The position numbers and the translations under genes were made by a program. 64,000 bases of DNA, taken from positions 558,001-622,000 of the forward strand of contig MU053431.1 of the NCBI GenBank assembly GCA_013239625.1, given 5' to 3'. Shown piece after piece: positions 59,201 through 64,000 of this stretch. Origin of the DNA: Lama guanicoe. Its lineage: Eukaryota. A model generated the notes under the pieces. That model ran no database searches, was not told the origin of the DNA, and saw only the letters and a list, made by a program, of their open reading frames with translations. Each line of letters opens with the position of its first letter. Position 1 is the first letter of the stretch.

Positions 59201-61489
59201 AGCTTATTTCTGTGTCTGCTGTTTATTAAGGGCAAAGTAAACACTGACAAGGGACGTCGCCTTACACTGTCCCATTCCTTTATTGACAGTAATTACGAGT
59301 CTGGGTCTGAGGGCGGCTGCTCCCAGGATGTAGCTTTCCATTCACTGCTCGTCTTCCTCCCTGGGATGTTGTAAGGACAGGAGGAAGCAGTGAGAGGCAG
59401 CGTGGCAGCCCCAGGTCGCCCCGGGCTGTCTCTGTGTCCCACTGTGTCTCCTCGCTCCGACTCTCCCTCCACGGCTGGTCCAGCTCCCTTTCCACCACAC
59501 CTGGCTGATTACGGGAGCCGTGGGAGACGCACGCTGTGGTCCTCACTCCTGGGAGAGAGCCTAGCCTTGGGCAACACTTGGCAACATGTTCATGAAAAGT
59601 AGCATGTTATTTTGGAAGGGCGGGGAGGACCAGGGGCACATCACGCCCATCCCGTAGCCGAGCATCACATCCCCCAGACTCAGAAAAGGTGCTTCTCCCA
59701 GCCCTGGGGGCAGCGTGGTGGCTCCACCCACGAGCGGCCCAGAGGAAGGCACTGCTGGGGTTCTTAGACAGGAGGGTGCAGCAGATTCGAGGCAAGGTGT
59801 GTTGCACGCCTGTTGCAGGTTTCATGACAGGAATTCTGATTTGATGGCTTCAGCATGGGGCCAGGACCCGGTCTCTTTGTCAGCTACTCAGAGGTTCTCA
59901 TGCGGGTGCTTGGGGAGTCGCCGCTGGGCCTCTGCAGGGTCGCACTCTGAGAAAGCGCCCTGCACTTCTAGGTATTTAAAGGCAGAGTGTCCTGGAGCTT
60001 GGGAGGCGTCCTTCCTGCGAGGGACAGAGGGAGGGGTGGGGACCAGCTGACCACTGGGGACCTGCGTGTGGCCGTTCATGCTGCCACTCCTCTTCTTTTC
60101 TGTGCAGTTGAAATTTTGTCATCACAGAAAAGGGTTTTTAATGCTACTATAAGCCCGAGTTCTGAGGAACGTGGAAATCCCTCTGGCTCTTCCCAGCCTT
60201 TGACTCCAGCCAGAACATCTGGCTGCTTAAACACCCACATTCACCTCCTTTTATACATGAAGAAAATTCGGTTGCTAAGAAGTTGCCCTTTCCGATCTGG
60301 AGCAGCCAGGGGGTGGCTTGCTTTTCCTTCGCTTTCCCCTCTCTCTGGCTGACACGGTGGGTCGTGTCCCCGCAGGGGGACTGCTCCTCGTAATGAGACA
60401 CAAGCGATGTGACCCGCCGTCACACGCCCCGGTGTGGCTCTGCAGCTGAAAATGCTCAGGTTTTTTTTTTTTTTTACCCTTCTCTTTCTATATTTCCATC
60501 ACCTCCGGGAGAACATGGGGGAGGAAGACAGCTCTCTCCCTGGACCCAAGATGCAGCTGCTGCCCCTGCGCAGGACGGACTGAACCTCCTCCACCCACGC
60601 CGGCCCCTGAGGGCCGCGCGCGGGGGAGGCATCCCATCACGCTGGGGCCGGCAGGTGGCAGAAGCGGGTACCGACGGCGGGTCCCCTGGGTCTCGGAACA
60701 GCCTGACAGGACCCACCGTGCACTGGGCGACTAGCCCCTCGGTAACGTCCTGTGAATGGAGTAAGAACACAATTAAGTGTGAGTCCAGTGCCCCCAGTTA
60801 TTTTAACTCCTGAAAACGTGAGGCTTGACTACAGAGGCACAAGCACAAGATAAGCGAACTGCAGACGCCCGGCTCTCGCACTCGCTCTCTCAGCGGCAGA
60901 GGCTGGCTTCCGCGGCCCCCCCCCCGGCGGTGAGGGTGCCCCCCCACATCTCTGCCCTCCACAGGCCTGACGGGGCGTGTCCTCAAACACCCCCGCCTCC
61001 ACGTGCTCTCCATGTCAGCGTGTGTCCGGCTCCCGCACACCCCACTGGCCACGGCAAGCCACACAGTCCAGTCCCCGTCGGACACCACAGACCCGGCGTT
61101 GACCTGCCCAAGGTGCAGAGTCAGGCCACAGGAGGGCGAGGAGTTGGGGGCCAGTCTATCCTCCCCCGACATGCAGTGGGAGTGCGGTAAAATCTGTATC
61201 GACTGCAAATCTAAATCCTGCAATGATCACACCCACATACACTCCACTGTCTGGGAAACAAGTTACGGAATTTCGCCCCCGAGTGAAGCCCTTCGTTCCC
61301 ACTTTAGTGGGAACATAAACACCTGGCTTGCCCACAGGAGCAGCCCCTGGAGGGCACGGCCATACCTGTCCTGCTCGCGTATCTTTCTTCGGGAAGGAGA
61401 GGGAGCAGTGGGCGCCTGCTGGCTCGCAACGCAGTGACCGGGCTTGGAGCACCTGCTTGGTTCCCATGCTGGGAGCTTTACATATAATG

Positions 61490-62290
61490 TTTTCTAACCT
61501 CTTTTCTGTGGAAATTTTAACAGACACTAAGGGAGGCAGAATAGTGAAATAAACATCCACATTCCTGCTTGACTGAATGATCACTACTATTTAGCTGTAT
61601 TTGCTTCGAATGTTTTTGACTTAAGCACTTTGTTTTGTATTGACGTGTAGTCGATCGACAGTGTCACCTTCGTTTCCAGTGCACAGCACAGTGGTTCAGT
61701 TCTGCATTTATAAACACACATTCTTTTTCAGATTCTTTTCTTTATAGGTCATTACAAGATGTTGAATATAGTCAAATGAATTCCTAACAGCATGACATTT
61801 CACCTCTGGTTTAACCCTTCAGTACGTATCTCTTTCTGATTTTTCAGACTGAAGTATAGTTGCCGTAGGAAATTCCATGTTACAGGTATATGATGTAGTG
61901 ATTCACAATTTTTAAAGGTCACCCTCCATTTAGAGTTATTATAACATATTGGCTCCATCCCCCGTGTTGTACAGTGTCTTTAAAGAAAAAGACATTTACT
62001 TATAAACCACAATACCTTTATTAGACTTCAGAAAGGAAGCGCCTCTCTTTTTAAAAAAAATTTTTTTTTGACGGAAGTAGTGGGGCTGGAACCTGGGACC
62101 TCATGCATGCCCAGCAGGCGCTCTACCACTGAGCGCCTCCCCCGCGTCCTCTCTTAACAGCATCTAACAACACATCCATATTCAAATTTCTCCAATTGCC
62201 CTAAAAACGTCTTCTTACGATTGGTGTGTTCAAATAAAAATCAGACAAGGAGCACAGCTCACGTTTGGCAGCTGTGTCGCTTGGCCTTTT
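61490..62290 (-). mobile_element. Old L1MC5/ME-type 3' end hosting three younger insertions
   Basis: aaccacaataccttta...catctaacaacacatccatattcaaatttctccaattgccctaaaaa; L1 stubs at ~61630-61773 and ~61840-61975; SINE at 62050-62143. Confidence 0.75.
62050..62143 (-). mobile_element. tRNA-Ala-derived SINE (vic-1 type)
   Basis: gtagtggggctggaacctgggacctcatgcatgcccagcaggcgctctaccactgagc; TSD-like gcgcctctctt (62039-62049) / gcgtcctctctt (62144-62155). Confidence 0.9.
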
Positions 62291-62767
62291 CATCAAGCAG
62301 CGCGGCCCCGTCACGGACGTGGGGGGAGCACGCCTCCTTGTAGGCTGCGCGCTAGCCCGGCCGCGCGGGTGTGGCTCCCCGGCTTTCCGATGAGGAGACC
62401 GAGGCTCCAGGAGTTCCCAGAGCTCAAAGCAGCGGCTGATGGGCACAGTCACTGGTGTTAAAACAAGGCTGGTTTCCATCTCAAAACAGAGCTTTTTCTG
62501 CCACTTTGTCCTTTGAAGAGCAGAGGAGGAAACGCACCACAACTTCTTCTCTGCGTTTTGAAAAGCACCTGTTACCCTGGCTTCCATCGCACCCCGGCAG
62601 AGCGCCGTTATTTCTGTCAAAGAGGGAGGACGGGCAAGGGAGACAGCGACCACCCCACCCCGAGGGACAAGCAGGGGTGTTTGTGCCTCCGACCCGTGCC
62701 AGGCGGGAACTCTCCAGTGAAGAAGTAAGACCGAGGCCGTTGTCTTCAAAAGAGCAGGGCTTTCCTT

Positions 62768-62871
62768 GGGGGGCAGGCACAGAGCAGCGGCAGAGCACGC
62801 GCTTGGCCTGGGCTCACTCCCCAGTCCCTCCATTAGAAAAAGAAAGAAAGAAACCTAATTGCCCTCCTCCG

Positions 62872-62902
<31 letters not shown>
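62768..62902 (+). mobile_element. tRNA-Ala-derived SINE (vic-1 type), internally deleted, A29 tail
   Basis: ggcacagagcagcggcagagcacgcgcttgg|cctgggctcactccccagtccctcca, then aaacctaattgccctcc and A29 (62874-62902). Confidence 0.85.
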
Positions 62903-64000
62903 CACGACAGGGGTTTTCAGACTATGCAAACGACCAAAATCGAGGATCAGAACTCCTTCTCTATTTACAAACTCCAACATCTACCCAGTAAGTGACTGGC
63001 AAAAGTGTCGGGGCTCCCGAGTGCCCTGCGCTGCGCAGACACGTGTTTCCGCTCCTCCCCAGCCCACTCCTTGCAAAGGGCATGCGCTGGAGCCCCCTTG
63101 GTCGCTCCGGGACGGTGGGAAGTCGTGGGAACCGCCCCGGGTGAATTCAGGTCCACAGGGACTGCTCTGTCCTCCAGCTTCTTCCGGGCCCGCTTGCTGT
63201 GCGGGGAGGGGCTCAGGGTCCCAATGTCGGGCACGCGGCGGGGAAGAGCCGGGCAGCTCCGAGAACGGGGCTGCAGGCGCTCGGCCGTGCGCGCCTAGCC
63301 TGCGGCTTCTTCCCTGCTGCCGCAGCTCAGGAGTTCACGCCTGGGCCCCGGACGCCTGGTGGATAAACTGTGAAACTCCATGTTCCCGAACATCCCGTGG
63401 GTGTTTGATACTCGACGCGAAGACTTCCAAATCTCTTGACCGGTTTTCTTAGATCTGGTGGCCTCTTACACTGCACCCAGCCGGATCCCTGGAAAGGGAC
63501 CGACTGCAGCCGGGCGTCTCGGAAGAGCAGCCCGGAAGATGCCTGTGCCGAGGGGGAGAGGGCCGCTTCAGGGGCCTCGCAAATTGGAGCCTCCTGGGAC
63601 CCCATAAACATGGAGCCTCACACCAGCCGAGGATCTGGGTGTGAAACTCGAAAATCTCCCTGCTCCAAAGGTGGTTTTGAACCATTTTCCACTCTTCAGT
63701 TCAAATTTCCAAAATTCTTCCAATGAACAAGGTTTTCTTATAAATAGAAACTAGACAGAGTGACGTGAGAGTCCGATTAATGAAAACGCGAGAGACAGAT
63801 TAACACGTGTTGGGAGCCAGTTCAGGGCCAGCACGTGAGAACAGGTGTAACGGGCTGCCCTGATGAGCCAGGCAAAGAGCACGCGTCCCTGTAAAAGGGG
63901 ACTGACCTCGACTGGTGATGTTGCAATAACGCACCAGCCAATGTGAGAGGAGACCGAGCTCAGCTTCTAGTCTCTGTTGCAGTTGGAAGATTTCATTCTT

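Noticed and set aside
1..64000. Prokaryote-type system (operon, CRISPR array, defence island) or intact viral or transposon gene
   Set aside because: The window is filled with eutherian repeats. There is no repeat-spacer array, no ORF with an intact recognisable domain, and no matched LTR pair around internal sequence.

Overview
This is GC-rich eutherian genomic DNA, not prokaryotic or viral. It is most likely camelid, because four tRNA-Ala-derived SINEs of the vic-1 type sit beside cetartiodactyl-type L1 3' ends. Much of the window is interspersed repeats: old L1M, L2, MIR, MLT1/MLT2 LTRs and hAT elements (Charlie1, MER20, MER20B, MER58). Repeat names come from my recollection of consensus sequences; no search was run, so subfamily labels and boundaries are approximate. 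Apart from decayed L1 pieces, I cannot recognise any of the listed single-exon ORFs as a protein. The first ~9.3 kb holds a phase-compatible chain of candidate + strand exons ending in a stop codon and a poly(A) signal, possibly the 3' end of a gene I cannot name. The rest looks intergenic or intronic, with AT-rich motif-dense islands and a promoter-like CpG island at ~51.6-53.4 kb. I found no evidence of a new multi-gene biological system. The best leads are the candidate spliced gene end, a SINE carrying extra 3' cargo inside its target-site duplication (TSD), strong local AT-to-GC and CpG gain in repeats, an inverted fusion of two MLT1 halves, and the orphan CpG island.
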